Virus record (IMG/VR): IMGVR_UViG_2513237329_000013
Coordinates: 32,001 to 96,000 of that record
Strand: one strand, 5' to 3'
Source: a virus
Lineage: Duplodnaviria > Caudoviricetes
DNA: 64,000 nt
Shown here: in pieces, positions 18,004 through 28,551 of the stretch
How positions within the stretch are numbered: position 1 is the first letter of the stretch
Layout: the number at the start of each line of letters is the position of its first letter
The notes under the pieces: model-generated
Database searches by the model: none
What the model saw: the letters and a program-made list of their open reading frames with translations, nothing else
What the model was told of the DNA's origin: nothing
Program-made: the position numbers and the translations under genes

Positions 18004-20778
18004 TCATGCGACGCTACGCTGACGTCGTTTCTTCTCACGCTCATAATTGCGAATATGGATAGCCTGACAGTCATCGCAGCGCTTCTTATTTTTCACGATA
18101 CCGTCTACCTCAAACTCTTTTCCACAATCAATACACCGCAGTTTCTTTTTGCCGAGTGGGTGATATCCAGAGCAGCTCGTACATACCTTTTGCTGCGGTG
18201 AAAGAGGAACAAAACGCTCTCCACATTTCTTGCACTGAATAGAACCATCTGGGATATTTCGCTTGAGGTTTTCCAGAACGATATCACCAAAGCACATCCA
18301 GAAAACATTTTTCCTACGGCTATTCTTACTATGAAATAGATATTTCACAAGAATGTCGCAAACATCTAAGCGCTCAAGACAAATCTCGTCGAATTGCTTC
18401 AAGATATTGTCCCGAATATATGCAAAGTTCGAGTCATCATCATAAAAGCTGATCGAATAGCGATACTGCTTTTCCACATCATTGTACAGGTCAGTCACAG
18501 ACGATAGTAACTCAACCTGTTTCATCGGGTTACTAAGCATATACTGATATCTGAAGACACCAATATTCTTCGCGGCAAAAGACATCCGCTTATTAGGAAC
18601 GATGTGTTCAAGCTGATTCACAACACTATTGTTCATTCGCTGAACCTGAAATTTTGTTTTCTTTTTAGCGTGGATAAAAAAATGCGGCGCTTTCATACTC
18701 GTAATTCTTGCAAGACGAGCATTGATTTCATCTGGTCGAGTTGGCTTATACAGCGTCTTGGCATAGTCGATACAGAAGTTATTCTCCATACATAAGATTT
18801 TAATTGCTTCTATGTCAACATCCTCACCGTTCCAAATCTTCGTAATATCATTGCTAATAACACCGATATTGCCACCAGTCCATGCGGCGCGAAGCCCTTT
18901 GAAAATTTCCTCTGGTGTAATCGTAACAGCGCCAGCCTTTGCCATCTCGTAGTATAAAGGAACGATTCCTTCCATATTGCGCTCAGCAATAGACACAAGT
19001 AAGGAATCAGCGCATACGAGACTTTTATCTCCGTCGCAATCAAATTGTAGGATCTTTGAAATTAGATCATGACAGCTCGTATAGATAGCATTTTGAGAAA
19101 ACCACTTTTTCGTTGCACTGGTTACAACATTTTTACGAACAGCATGTTCACGATATAAGTGGGGTGAACGCAGACAGTCCAATTTACTCACTGTGCGATA
19201 AAGATAGCAAGACACCTCTCCATCTGCAAGCAAGCCAACAGGACTGCGATTTCCAAGAAACAGCCATTCGCAGAAAGCATAGAGATCTGGAATCAAGAAC
19301 ATATACTTTGCGCTCAAATCAATCTTTGCTGCTCTTGCCTCAGTAACAAGATTCTTCTTGATTTGCCGTAGCATCTCTTTTGTGTATGGGTCGGAGAGCA
19401 ATTCCGGATAGATACTAAGACACTCCTGAAAAGCATTCTTATTGCGATACTGTGTAGAAGCCCCGAACACATCCAGCATAGTATTCTTATCCGATGCAAT
19501 TTTAGCAATTTTGTCAATCGTCTTTCCAGCAAGCTGCTCAAGTTCATCTGTACTCAAATCTGTGAGTGTTTGAAGCATTTGATAGTTAAGCTTTGCATCA
19601 GGAATGAAGTCCTCTTCCTCATTACACTTACCGACAGTGCATCCATTTGCTAAAAACAAATCAATGTACTCTTGCCAATTCGCGTAATACTTGTACATCT
19701 TAAATTGACTTTTTGTAAAAATGACCTGGATACCCTCTGCGATTACATCATGTTCAAAACCATAGATGTCTGTTACCAAACCATGATTTACGGACGGATC
19801 GCGTTCGTTTGATTCTAAGATAAACTTATCAAACGGGAATACAGCAAGAAGCCCTTTTACCCACGGAAGACGAACCATAGTGTTTTTTGCATTACAAGAG
19901 GGAAGAACCATTCCGCAGCCATCCGTATGTGTAATTGGAATCTCCATATCTCTGCGCTCAACACTGTATGTTTTGTGATCAATAAAATCAACAGTTCCAC
20001 CAACCATCGTTTCCATATCATCTACAACGATAGTCTTTCTAATATCGAAATCTTCCCACAAATCAGTTGCGCTATTGCACAGTGCAAGATACGCCAGATA
20101 CTTATTGATATTGATTCCACCAAGCTCGTTGATTTTTTGAACGCTCAGTCCACACATAATGGTTTTTTGATACTTCTCCCAAACTCTTTCCTTAATGAAA
20201 ACAGTTTTCTTTGTTCTGATCTGTCCAGCAGATGCCGTAAAACAAATGTAGCGTTCTCCGTTAAAGGTATACCCATTTAGGATAAGATCTTCAATCACAT
20301 CGAAATAATATGTGCGAATAACCATGAAATCGTCATACAGCTTTCCTGTTTCCATGCCAAGTGTTCTTGTAAGCATCGACTCAAAAACAGAAATCACATT
20401 CTTATCAACCACATATTCAGTCCGTAACTCACGTTGCGAGCGATGTGCTTGAAGAAGTGATACAAGTTCAGACTTCTTAATCTTAATCATCTGGTTCGTA
20501 CCGCGAATTTCTTTCGCAATCTGTTTTACACGGGAACTATCCATCGCAACAGAAATCGGATCTGACTTTCCCATGCCATACAATTTACGAAACTGAGATT
20601 CAGCCTTCTCTTGTGTTATTTCTCCAGCACACAGCCGCTCAATAATTTCTCGCTCTGATTTTAATTTCGATTTTGAAGAGCAGTGCTTATTGATCTCAAC
20701 CTCAAGTGCCTTTTCTTCGTCGGTGTAAAACGCACTCGTGTCAAAACTATAAATATGGATTTGCCGATCAAGACTAAT
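18004..20778 (-). CDS. yonO: Single-subunit DNA-dependent RNA polymerase, YonO family (ATT start inferred)
   Basis: RSPHLYREH and catalytic FDCDGD; frame open to 20778 encoding QIHIYSFDTSAFY, resembling the YonO N-terminus; C-terminal Zn ribbons. Confidence 0.9.
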   Translation of the reverse strand: MSLDRQIHIYSFDTSAFYTDEEKALEVEINKHCSSKSKLKSEREIIERLCAGEITQEKAESQFRKLYGMGKSDPISVAMDSSRVKQIAKEIRGTNQMIKIKKSELVSLLQAHRSQRELRTEYVVDKNVISVFESMLTRTLGMETGKLYDDFMVIRTYYFDVIEDLILNGYTFNGERYICFTASAGQIRTKKTVFIKERVWEKYQKTIMCGLSVQKINELGGININKYLAYLALCNSATDLWEDFDIRKTIVVDDMETMVGGTVDFIDHKTYSVERRDMEIPITHTDGCGMVLPSCNAKNTMVRLPWVKGLLAVFPFDKFILESNERDPSVNHGLVTDIYGFEHDVIAEGIQVIFTKSQFKMYKYYANWQEYIDLFLANGCTVGKCNEEEDFIPDAKLNYQMLQTLTDLSTDELEQLAGKTIDKIAKIASDKNTMLDVFGASTQYRNKNAFQECLSIYPELLSDPYTKEMLRQIKKNLVTEARAAKIDLSAKYMFLIPDLYAFCEWLFLGNRSPVGLLADGEVSCYLYRTVSKLDCLRSPHLYREHAVRKNVVTSATKKWFSQNAIYTSCHDLISKILQFDCDGDKSLVCADSLLVSIAERNMEGIVPLYYEMAKAGAVTITPEEIFKGLRAAWTGGNIGVISNDITKIWNGEDVDIEAIKILCMENNFCIDYAKTLYKPTRPDEINARLARITSMKAPHFFIHAKKKTKFQVQRMNNSVVNQLEHIVPNKRMSFAAKNIGVFRYQYMLSNPMKQVELLSSVTDLYNDVEKQYRYSISFYDDDSNFAYIRDNILKQFDEICLERLDVCDILVKYLFHSKNSRRKNVFWMCFGDIVLENLKRNIPDGSIQCKKCGERFVPLSPQQKVCTSCSGYHPLGKKKLRCIDCGKEFEVDGIVKNKKRCDDCQAIHIRNYEREKKRRQRSVA

Positions 20779-20931
20779 GGCTAATCACTCCTTGCCGTTA
20801 TTTATTCTGTATCTCTTATCTTTTAACAAACCATTTTCAACATACCGTTGAACAACGGGTTATTTAGAAGCAGTCTGAATGAGGTTCATTCAGATGACCT
20901 CTTCGGAAAGCCATTTTTCAACCAAAACGAG

Positions 20932-21297
20932 CTACTCCGCCAAATCCACTGAACTATCAATCTTTTGCAAATCACCAGTCCAGAAAAGCCAGCCATCTGG
21001 ATCTTCTTTCAAGATAACAACCGAGTTTAGCTTTTGAATAGAAGCAGATCTATCATACTGCACGGTAAAGACATCTCCAGCATGAGTTTCTACAAAATCA
21101 CGATAGCGCTCGGACAGACGCAAATAATCTGGATGTTTCATGATCTGTTCAACATTCAATCGAACCAAATCACCCTCATGTAAATCCTGCGGTGCAGAAC
21201 CACGATTTCGCATAGAAATATACATCTCAGCCAAACTGTGAGAAATGCCTTTCTTCTTCGCCAGGCTCCTAAACTTCCTTGTTTGCGATCTGTTCAT
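20932..21297 (-). CDS. Hypothetical protein
   Basis: RBS GAGGT, co-directional with the operon. Confidence 0.7.
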   Translation of the reverse strand: MNRSQTRKFRSLAKKKGISHSLAEMYISMRNRGSAPQDLHEGDLVRLNVEQIMKHPDYLRLSERYRDFVETHAGDVFTVQYDRSASIQKLNSVVILKEDPDGWLFWTGDLQKIDSSVDLAE

Positions 21298-21298
21298 A

Positions 21299-21847
21299 TC
21301 AACCTCTTGCCGCAATATAGCTATCAAGCAAATCAAGAATCTCTTCTACAAGAGATACCCAATTCGGATCAATCTTAATTTCATCCTTGTGATTTCGGTA
21401 ATACTCCGGAGCAGAATCACCATTAACATACCCCATAGCTTGCCAATCACAAATCATTTCCAGATAAGCACAGATTTTCGTGTCAACATCGTAATAGGAC
21501 ATAAAGTCTCCATTACAATCAATCCAATACTGCCAATGATGATCGTTAGTACGATAATGGCGCTCCCATGCCAGTTCAAAAGCCGCGTCATCAACCACTT
21601 CGCCCGCAACAGGATAAAAATGTTGACGATACGGTAAGAATTCTTCCTCAGACATCTTGCTGTCATCGTGATTGCGGATACGCCATTCCATCTCATCAAG
21701 AATTTTAGGACGCTGGAATAAATCAATTCCCTTTAAGGCATCACGCAATTCCAGCCATGCTTTTCTAATGTTCTCCTTGTGCTGAGCAATGTAATTCATA
21801 TACTCAGTTGTCTTTTCTAATAACTCTGTCTTATTAAACTCGCTCAT
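21299..21847 (-). CDS. DUF5662-like HD-type protein
   Basis: H...HDDSK...H...N.HH..YW...EMICDW. Confidence 0.7.
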   Translation of the reverse strand: MSEFNKTELLEKTTEYMNYIAQHKENIRKAWLELRDALKGIDLFQRPKILDEMEWRIRNHDDSKMSEEEFLPYRQHFYPVAGEVVDDAAFELAWERHYRTNDHHWQYWIDCNGDFMSYYDVDTKICAYLEMICDWQAMGYVNGDSAPEYYRNHKDEIKIDPNWVSLVEEILDLLDSYIAARG

Positions 21848-21855
21848 ATTTCCTC

Positions 21856-23022
21856 CTATGACCTGTACATCTTTCTGATTCTAACGATATTCTTTCCAAG
21901 CAATTCGGCGGCACGAGTGACTTCTTCAACCGTCGTATTCCATCCGAACGAAACTCTAATTGTAGACTTCGCCTGCGTATAATTCCGCCCAATGGCGCTT
22001 AGAACATGACTTGGTTCTAAACTGCCGGCAGAGCAAGCAGAAGCAGCAGAAATACATACACCGTCCGAATTCATCAGATGAAGAATAGCCTCAGATTCAA
22101 CATCATTTATTGTAATACTCAAAATACTGCTTAGCTGATATGATTTCTCATAATGCTCATTGACCTTGATTCCTTCGTCGCATACAGAATATAGCTTTTT
22201 CAAAAATGCTTTCCGTAGCACCAATGCGTCACGAGAAAATTCGGTTGGTATTGAAAACTTTGCTGCAGTACCAAGCGCAACAATACCAGCTACATTCTCC
22301 GTGCCGGCTCTCACGCCAAATTCTTGTCCGCCGCCGTATATAATCGGCTCAATATGCTTTTTAAGCCCGCCGCGCACATACAAAGCTCCAACACCAATCG
22401 GCGCACCGAACTTATGCCCACTGATAGACAGCATATCAATTCCGTAAGCATTTACATTGACATCAATATGCCCAACCGCTTGCACTGCATCTGTATGGAA
22501 TACCGCACCATAGCAATTACAAAGATCTGCAATGCTTTTTATGTCCTGAATAACACCGATTTCGTTATTTACCCACATGACAGACACAAGACCTACATTG
22601 TCTTCTTTGAGATATTTTTCAAGTTCAAATAAATCAACCTGACCATATGTATCAACGGAAAGCGGTTTCACGACTATTCCAAGGCGAGTCAGTAAGTTAC
22701 ACTGGTTCAAAATGGCGTGATGCTCAATTTGGCTAACAAGCATTACATTATGATTCGTTGCATTTAGAGCAGATGCCATTCCTGTGAGAGCCAAATTATC
22801 TGACTCAGATCCACCAGAAGTAAAAATGATTTCTTCTGGGCTATCCGCACCGATTAGCTTAGACACATCAAAACGAGCCTGATAAATGGCTTGGTGTGCT
22901 TGTCGGCCAGCGGAATGAAGAGAACTTGGATTGCCACATTTTCCAGAACTATACCAATAATTCAAAGCTTCATATACAGGCGGTCGAATGCTTGTTGTCG
23001 CTGCATGATCTAAATAAATCAT
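21856..23022 (-). CDS. iscS: Cysteine desulfurase (IscS/NifS family)
   Basis: YLDHAATT, GNPSSLH, HTDAVQ, SGHK (PLP Lys), SACS (catalytic Cys). Confidence 0.93.
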   Translation of the reverse strand: MIYLDHAATTSIRPPVYEALNYWYSSGKCGNPSSLHSAGRQAHQAIYQARFDVSKLIGADSPEEIIFTSGGSESDNLALTGMASALNATNHNVMLVSQIEHHAILNQCNLLTRLGIVVKPLSVDTYGQVDLFELEKYLKEDNVGLVSVMWVNNEIGVIQDIKSIADLCNCYGAVFHTDAVQAVGHIDVNVNAYGIDMLSISGHKFGAPIGVGALYVRGGLKKHIEPIIYGGGQEFGVRAGTENVAGIVALGTAAKFSIPTEFSRDALVLRKAFLKKLYSVCDEGIKVNEHYEKSYQLSSILSITINDVESEAILHLMNSDGVCISAASACSAGSLEPSHVLSAIGRNYTQAKSTIRVSFGWNTTVEEVTRAAELLGKNIVRIRKMYRS

Positions 23023-23102
23023 CGTTTTCTCCTTTATGGGTGGACGGGCAAAGCCCGTCCGCGCCACGCTATCACAAAAATTACACACTAACATTTAGAT
23101 TG

Positions 23103-23279
23103 TTAGTATAGGTCGCCTACACACTCCGAAAAATATGTCTCTTGGTTTTCTTGCAAGATGCTTTCGTAATACGGAATATCTTCCGATTGCTCAATAGGAG
23201 TAAAATCTTCACATCTTTTATCACATAAACACTTGTCAACCCAATAACATCCATGACAAGTCAAAGCATTGTCGTTCAT
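23103..23279 (-). CDS. Small Cys-rich hypothetical protein (58 aa)
   Basis: MNDNALTCHGCYW..., RBS AAAGGA; below the ORF-track cutoff. Confidence 0.55.
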   Translation of the reverse strand: MNDNALTCHGCYWVDKCLCDKRCEDFTPIEQSEDIPYYESILQENQETYFSECVGDLY

Positions 23280-23616
23280 ATTTCATTGTTCCTTTCATCT
23301 GTCACATGCGCATCATCTCCTAACATCTCCAATCTTTTTAACCTGCCCCTTTCAAGACGCGCTTTGGAGGCGGCAATCTGCTCCTCCGTCAAAACTACCT
23401 TCTTTTTGGTTTTACCTTGAACCATTCCGCTGGAATATGAGCAATCAAACTTCCGTCCGGATTCACATGCCGAATCTCTACTTCATCTGGGTATTGCTCT
23501 TTAAGCTTCCATATTTGATTGATCCATCTTGTTTCGCTACTAAAGAATGTTGCAATCTTTTCTCCTGCAACATGATCAATAGCTGTCTCTCTAATATCAC
23601 CCGTCATGTGCTTCAC
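23276..23616 (-). pseudogene. Hypothetical protein with an apparent -1 frameshift near 23405
   Basis: Frame stops at KPKRR*, but the -1 frame continues KKVVLTEEQIAASKARL up to the next gene. Confidence 0.45.
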
Positions 23617-23806
23617 CTATATATTCCAATAGAAATTTCTTGATTTTTCTTTGACACTGAACTTCTGGCTTATCAGAGAAGCCCTGAATTGCACAGCACC
23701 TTCCGCCACAAACAACATCGCACAATGTAAAAATCGGAATCGCAGCCAAAAGACAGGAAACATCGTCTATATCAACTAAATTCTTATTTTTGCTCTCCAT
23801 TGTCAT
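23597..23806 (-). CDS. Hypothetical protein
   Basis: Overlapping operon gene. Confidence 0.6.
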   Translation of the reverse strand: MTMESKNKNLVDIDDVSCLLAAIPIFTLCDVVCGGRCCAIQGFSDKPEVQCQRKIKKFLLEYIGEAHDG

Positions 23807-24356
23807 CCTCTACATAAACACATCGGTCAAAATCAAAAACCCAAACAAAAGGATTTTGCTCCCATCCGATCTTGGATCGTTTCTTCTCCGATACCCCACT
23901 GTTCCACTTAGAAGCAAAGGCAAGCTCAGGCGATAAAACACCTGGCAACCAAATACCTTCTCGTTCGATATCATTAAGTGAGATATCCTGTAATCGTTCT
24001 ACACGAACATCTATGATTCTTATAAAATGCCTTGCAGCATCATTTTGCATTTGAACAGATGGTTTCCAATTGAACAAGAGATAGCCTTGCGGTGGATCTC
24101 TATCCAAACGATACACATACTTGTCACCAATCATTGCCCATGTTTCTTTTAGAGCAAGAATATCTCCATTTTCGTATGGCGGCTTAATGACCTTGCGCTC
24201 TTCTTCTGCATCTTGCGCATCCAATAAAAATCCCGCTTCGGTCATTTCTCCACCTGAGATATCTTGCTTATTCATGGCAATGCGAAAACAATGCTTTTCA
24301 TTTTCAACGATTTGTCTTAGCGCATCGCCATTAAGCCTTATGTACTTCACGCTCAT
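23784..24356 (-). CDS. ASCH/PUA-like phage protein
   Basis: PY..GD.L..KETW, WKPS..M, VRVERLQDI, W..NP.VWV..F. Confidence 0.7.
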   Translation of the reverse strand: MSVKYIRLNGDALRQIVENEKHCFRIAMNKQDISGGEMTEAGFLLDAQDAEEERKVIKPPYENGDILALKETWAMIGDKYVYRLDRDPPQGYLLFNWKPSVQMQNDAARHFIRIIDVRVERLQDISLNDIEREGIWLPGVLSPELAFASKWNSGVSEKKRSKIGWEQNPFVWVFDFDRCVYVEDDNGEQK

Positions 24357-24376
24357 ATTCGCACTCTGATTCCTCC

Positions 24377-24973
24377 TTATACATGAGTCCATATCTGACC
24401 ACTTACTATTTTAGAAATTAAATTCGCAGACACTCCATATTGATTTGCTAATTCCTTTCTGTTACACCTTACACCAGAACCTCTTGGTATATAGTTCATA
24501 CGGATTTCTCGCACATCATCCTCAGTCAGTTTCGACATACCATTACAGCTTCCGGTATAAGCGCCAAGGTGTGACAGATATCCGAGTTGTGCCGGTACAT
24601 CATAGTCGATCAGTTCAAGGTCAACGGCATGAAAATAATTTTCCTGCCTTGTACACCATTCGAGGTTATCTACCCAATTATGCTGCTTGCAGCCGTCAAT
24701 ATGATTGACGATTTCATACCCAATAGGATTCGGAATAAAAGTCTCAGCAACACACCGATGTATTCTCACATTAAGCCGACGTCCAAACACAGAAATGCAA
24801 ACTTGCTGATATCCGCCAGCACCATAACCGCAAGAGTAGATCTTGCCAGTAATGGCATTTCGTATTCTGCCGAAAGTAGACACTTCAAACCGCCATGAGT
24901 AATCGACACCCTGATATACAGCACCTTGCCATACTTCGCTATCGAAATCACGAAACACCAAATCACTTCCCAA
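24377..24973 (-). CDS. HNH homing endonuclease
   Basis: IHRCVAETFIPNP...VNHIDG.K.HN..DNLEW, C-terminal HTH. Confidence 0.9.
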   Translation of the reverse strand: MGSDLVFRDFDSEVWQGAVYQGVDYSWRFEVSTFGRIRNAITGKIYSCGYGAGGYQQVCISVFGRRLNVRIHRCVAETFIPNPIGYEIVNHIDGCKQHNWVDNLEWCTRQENYFHAVDLELIDYDVPAQLGYLSHLGAYTGSCNGMSKLTEDDVREIRMNYIPRGSGVRCNRKELANQYGVSANLISKIVSGQIWTHV

Positions 24974-24975
24974 TA

Positions 24976-25218
24976 TTATTGTGCCAGAACCTTATCCGCT
25001 ACGGAATCGTAATATCGCATCCAAAGATGTTGAATGAGAGCTTTTCTATGCGGCTGCTCCAAACGATCAAGCACATCAAGAAGCCCTTTAATCGCTGTGT
25101 CATTCTTCTCAACGATGTTCAAAACACGCCACACTTCGATTCCAAACTCATTTCCGTAATTCTTTTGCAGCTCAGCCGGCAAAATCTGTTTAGCAACTCG
25201 TTCACTGATATTACCCAT
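24976..25218 (-). CDS. Hypothetical protein
   Basis: RBS AAGGAG, operon-coupled. Confidence 0.6.
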   Translation of the reverse strand: MGNISERVAKQILPAELQKNYGNEFGIEVWRVLNIVEKNDTAIKGLLDVLDRLEQPHRKALIQHLWMRYYDSVADKVLAQ

Positions 25219-25480
25219 TGGCTTCACCAGACTCCTTTGGAGTAAAACCATTACAGTTGCGTAGCCATATAGGATCGAAGTTGACAGGCCACATAAACCA
25301 GCCGCTCATAACGCCATGCTTCTCAGCACGAATATCCAGCTTTGCGGCCTGAAGAAAATTTGTCGGCTCAAACATGGAAAATAAATTCGTATCGTTCCCA
25401 GGATAGCAACAACAACTATGTGCATCGCCTGGAACATCACCCCTATATTTGCACTTATAACACATTCCTAACTCATACAC
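25211..25480 (-). CDS. Cys-rich hypothetical protein
   Basis: CxxC...WP.NFDP.W...C.GF. Confidence 0.65.
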   Translation of the reverse strand: MYELGMCYKCKYRGDVPGDAHSCCCYPGNDTNLFSMFEPTNFLQAAKLDIRAEKHGVMSGWFMWPVNFDPIWLRNCNGFTPKESGEANG

Positions 25481-25758
25481 GATTTTTCACCTCGCAAAGA
25501 AGACCGACTAAGCCGTTCAACAGACTTACGCAATCTTAGGTTTTCTTTTTCAAGCTCGTGAAGCTGGACATCATAACTAACAACAGATCCAGCAAGCTCT
25601 AAATTTTGTTCTTTCAGGTCTTCAACGCCGGTTCGCAGCGAAGCAACAAAGACACACGCACTGTAATCCTCGATCCACCACGCACACTGTTCTCCGATGC
25701 ACTTTGATCCAACACCGCCCCTGATAGAAGCAAGAGGACAATACTTCTCATTCTCCAT
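25468..25758 (-). CDS. Hypothetical protein
   Basis: CPL...C....CAWW, RBS GGAGG. Confidence 0.65.
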   Translation of the reverse strand: MENEKYCPLASIRGGVGSKCIGEQCAWWIEDYSACVFVASLRTGVEDLKEQNLELAGSVVSYDVQLHELEKENLRLRKSVERLSRSSLRGEKSCMS

Positions 25759-25760
25759 GC

Positions 25761-26216
25761 TTAATAAACCTCCCACTTATAGTCAAAAGAACGCCGATAT
25801 CCGCCTTTGCCAGCACCACCGATTTTTCCTCTACGAACCAGACGATTTGAATAATTGCGGTAATACTTTTTGGCTTTTGAATTCTTTGGATAGACGATAT
25901 ACGCACCCTTGCGATGCCAGATATCTCGCACATAGCATCCTTCAATAGCCCGCATCAAATCATTGCGCTTTTTCACGCGCATCTTTCTTCGATACGCCTT
26001 GCCAGTCTTACGCCTTCCAATTCGTTCAAAATCATCTTTCTGGCAAAAGGCATCATCACAATAACCACCAACAAAGAAAGGATAATCAATCTTATCACAT
26101 CCGCAATGGTCATATTGAAAAGCGCCGGCTTCATCAGCATTGCGATATCTTCTTTCTACATCCTCCGAAATAGGGCATTCATCACAGCAGAAATAAGCAG
26201 ATCCAACATCAATCAT
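25761..26216 (-). CDS. Hypothetical protein (Cys-rich N-terminus, basic C-terminus)
   Basis: RBS GAGGTG, operon-coupled. Confidence 0.65.
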   Translation of the reverse strand: MIDVGSAYFCCDECPISEDVERRYRNADEAGAFQYDHCGCDKIDYPFFVGGYCDDAFCQKDDFERIGRRKTGKAYRRKMRVKKRNDLMRAIEGCYVRDIWHRKGAYIVYPKNSKAKKYYRNYSNRLVRRGKIGGAGKGGYRRSFDYKWEVY

Positions 26217-26657
26217 TCAGCTCACCTCAGTATCGTAGTTGTTTTTAAGGACTTTCTTTACCATAGCCCATCCATCGTCAGTTAGCTTCTTCTCATAACC
26301 ATAGCGTGTCAGCGCCCGCTCGTAAAAACGAAAACGCCGATGATCTTCACCATAAACAACGATTTTTGTCTCAAATGTCTCTGACAGAAAGACTTCATTC
26401 TCAAATTCGAGAAGTTTATCCCTGCACCAGATCAGAGCCTCAGCGCCGCAGCGTCCAGTGTACTTCAAAGAAATATTGTTATCCTTGGTCTGATTGAAAT
26501 AGCCATTTAATGCTTTCTTCTTATCTGCTACAGCGAATACGACCTGATACTCAACGGATCTCGACCGATAGAAGCGATAGAACGCGATCATGCAATACTG
26601 CCCGTTTGAGAGCCTATGTCGCTCGTAGTAGCACTCGTTTTTACTGTTCCATATCAT
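26217..26657 (-). CDS. Hypothetical protein
   Basis: Operon-coupled ORF. Confidence 0.6.
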   Translation of the reverse strand: MIWNSKNECYYERHRLSNGQYCMIAFYRFYRSRSVEYQVVFAVADKKKALNGYFNQTKDNNISLKYTGRCGAEALIWCRDKLLEFENEVFLSETFETKIVVYGEDHRRFRFYERALTRYGYEKKLTDDGWAMVKKVLKNNYDTEVS

Positions 26658-26822
26658 CAGCGTGATTCTGCGGATGACAGCGCGGAAATGGGCAGTTATC
26701 ACAATCATTGCCATCGCAACACTCGCCGTCATTTCTAAGTGCGCGAACAATCACATAGCAAATAGCGAAAATAGCAAAAATCAGACCAATAAGAGTCAGT
26801 ACATCATCAATTTTCATATGGT

Positions 26823-28061
26823 TTAACTAATTCCTTTACTCGTTTTTTCAATCCACTCCGTAAGCAAATCCCTCATGCGCTTACTTGGCAGATATAAGCT
26901 GATTTCTTCACCGTTTCTAATTGCAGAACGCCAGATCCACTGAATCATAGTTGACAACGCATAATGGTCGTTATCAAAAATTACACCCTTACTCGCGTAA
27001 TAGTGAACGATATCGCCATTCGCAAAAAGATTGATTGGGTAGGCCAGCGCCCGACAATGGCTAAATTGGTTGGTTGCCTTTGCATTAAAGACTACAGATG
27101 AGTTCCAATAGCCCTTTCCTCTGATTCTCCCCCAATACTCCTTGTAAGTACCGCACATTCGCTCTTGTGCTGGAATATCACCGCTTCGCTTTTGAAAGTA
27201 GTTCATCAAATTGCGGCGAACCTGATTCACACCATCTGTTTTTGACTTGTACCAGTTCATAGAAAGCGCGTGTTTCATATCGCCAACACTATTGATTCGC
27301 TGACCGTCATCAATATGAATCATGTCTTTCAGCCGATACACATAATCCGGAACATACTCTGGTTTGTCGGAAAAGATATACCCTCCGCCCTCTGTACGGC
27401 GAATACCGATATTCACATATGGGATATTGTTGATCTGCATAAACAGATCCATTTCAGAGTTTTTGAACAGATAAGTAAGCACGAACACATCATCAACAGC
27501 TTCCAACAGCTCTTTGGAGAATAGCCAGTACCACACGCACCCATTCTGCTTGGATTTGTTATAAACCAGCGGTCTTGATGCCATAAGGCGAAACATGTGA
27601 GAAAATACGCCGCCGTCATACGGCTTATCGGTTCTACGGTATTCGTCCGGAGCAGCCTCATAAACATATCCGGCATCAATAGCGAGCTGGATATCGGAAT
27701 AGGCGATCTGTTTATCCGCCTGTAGCACGGTCACTTCCTCGTCGATGATAATACAGTATCCATTTTCCTTTAGGAGCTGGATCGTCTCTGGCGTATAGTA
27801 CATAAGGCACTGATGTGTCGATGTAATATTGCGCCCCTGCCGAATCAGCCCTAATGTGTGCATAGCCTTAGAAAATAGGAATTCCGGAATCCTGTCACTC
27901 GGCTCAACGAAATCTGCCTGAGGACAGTTATTCTTAATTCTTTCCGCTTCTGGGAGGTACGGCGTGATATAGAGAAACTTCTTTTCCGGATGTGCGTTAA
28001 TATAGCCAATCGTCGCGCTGGTCTTGCCACTGCCCATAATAGCATCACACACTTTGACCAT
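26823..28061 (-). CDS. SF2-like helicase / phage replication protein
   Basis: DAIMGSGKT Walker A, IIDEE Walker B, QWIWRSAIR motif VI. Confidence 0.8.
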   Translation of the reverse strand: MVKVCDAIMGSGKTSATIGYINAHPEKKFLYITPYLPEAERIKNNCPQADFVEPSDRIPEFLFSKAMHTLGLIRQGRNITSTHQCLMYYTPETIQLLKENGYCIIIDEEVTVLQADKQIAYSDIQLAIDAGYVYEAAPDEYRRTDKPYDGGVFSHMFRLMASRPLVYNKSKQNGCVWYWLFSKELLEAVDDVFVLTYLFKNSEMDLFMQINNIPYVNIGIRRTEGGGYIFSDKPEYVPDYVYRLKDMIHIDDGQRINSVGDMKHALSMNWYKSKTDGVNQVRRNLMNYFQKRSGDIPAQERMCGTYKEYWGRIRGKGYWNSSVVFNAKATNQFSHCRALAYPINLFANGDIVHYYASKGVIFDNDHYALSTMIQWIWRSAIRNGEEISLYLPSKRMRDLLTEWIEKTSKGIS

Positions 28062-28392
28062 CTTCGTCTACCTCGTCATCAAAGCCTTCTTCAAAATAGT
28101 CGCAGTATGTTTCATCCGGAACGCAATACGAATACGGTTCCCAGAAACTCACACGATCTACGGAGATATAATCGACCGAAGCATCGTCACCATAGCGGAC
28201 TTTCAAACAAACCGGAATGCCCAAGCGGTTTCTGATAATGGACTCTACAACACCGGCCTGCTGCGAAGAAGCAGCTTCAACATAACAGCCCTTATGAACA
28301 TTGTCGATCAGATTCCGATAAGAGTATGTGGACATTTCATGGCTTTCCAGCTTCATAATATCCTCGTATGCGGGTTGTGTTTTACGCCTCAT
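28045..28392 (-). CDS. Hypothetical protein
   Basis: RBS GGAGG. Confidence 0.7.
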   Translation of the reverse strand: MRRKTQPAYEDIMKLESHEMSTYSYRNLIDNVHKGCYVEAASSQQAGVVESIIRNRLGIPVCLKVRYGDDASVDYISVDRVSFWEPYSYCVPDETYCDYFEEGFDDEVDEDGQSV

Positions 28393-28551
28393 TTTCAGCC
28401 TCCAAAGTCACTCGATTTTCCGTGTTTTCGACCGAGTTGGTCGAAAATTAAGAAATTTAGATGCCAAACATACCGTTGTTCAACGCATTTCTTGTATCCG
28501 TACCCCTTAATACCAGACAAATCTTTTTTGTTTGTAGCAATGGAATAATCA

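Noticed and set aside
23395-23412. Programmed -1 frameshift
   Set aside because: The site has only five As (no A-AAA-AAG heptamer) and no clear stimulator; a 1-nt deletion or sequencing error is more likely.
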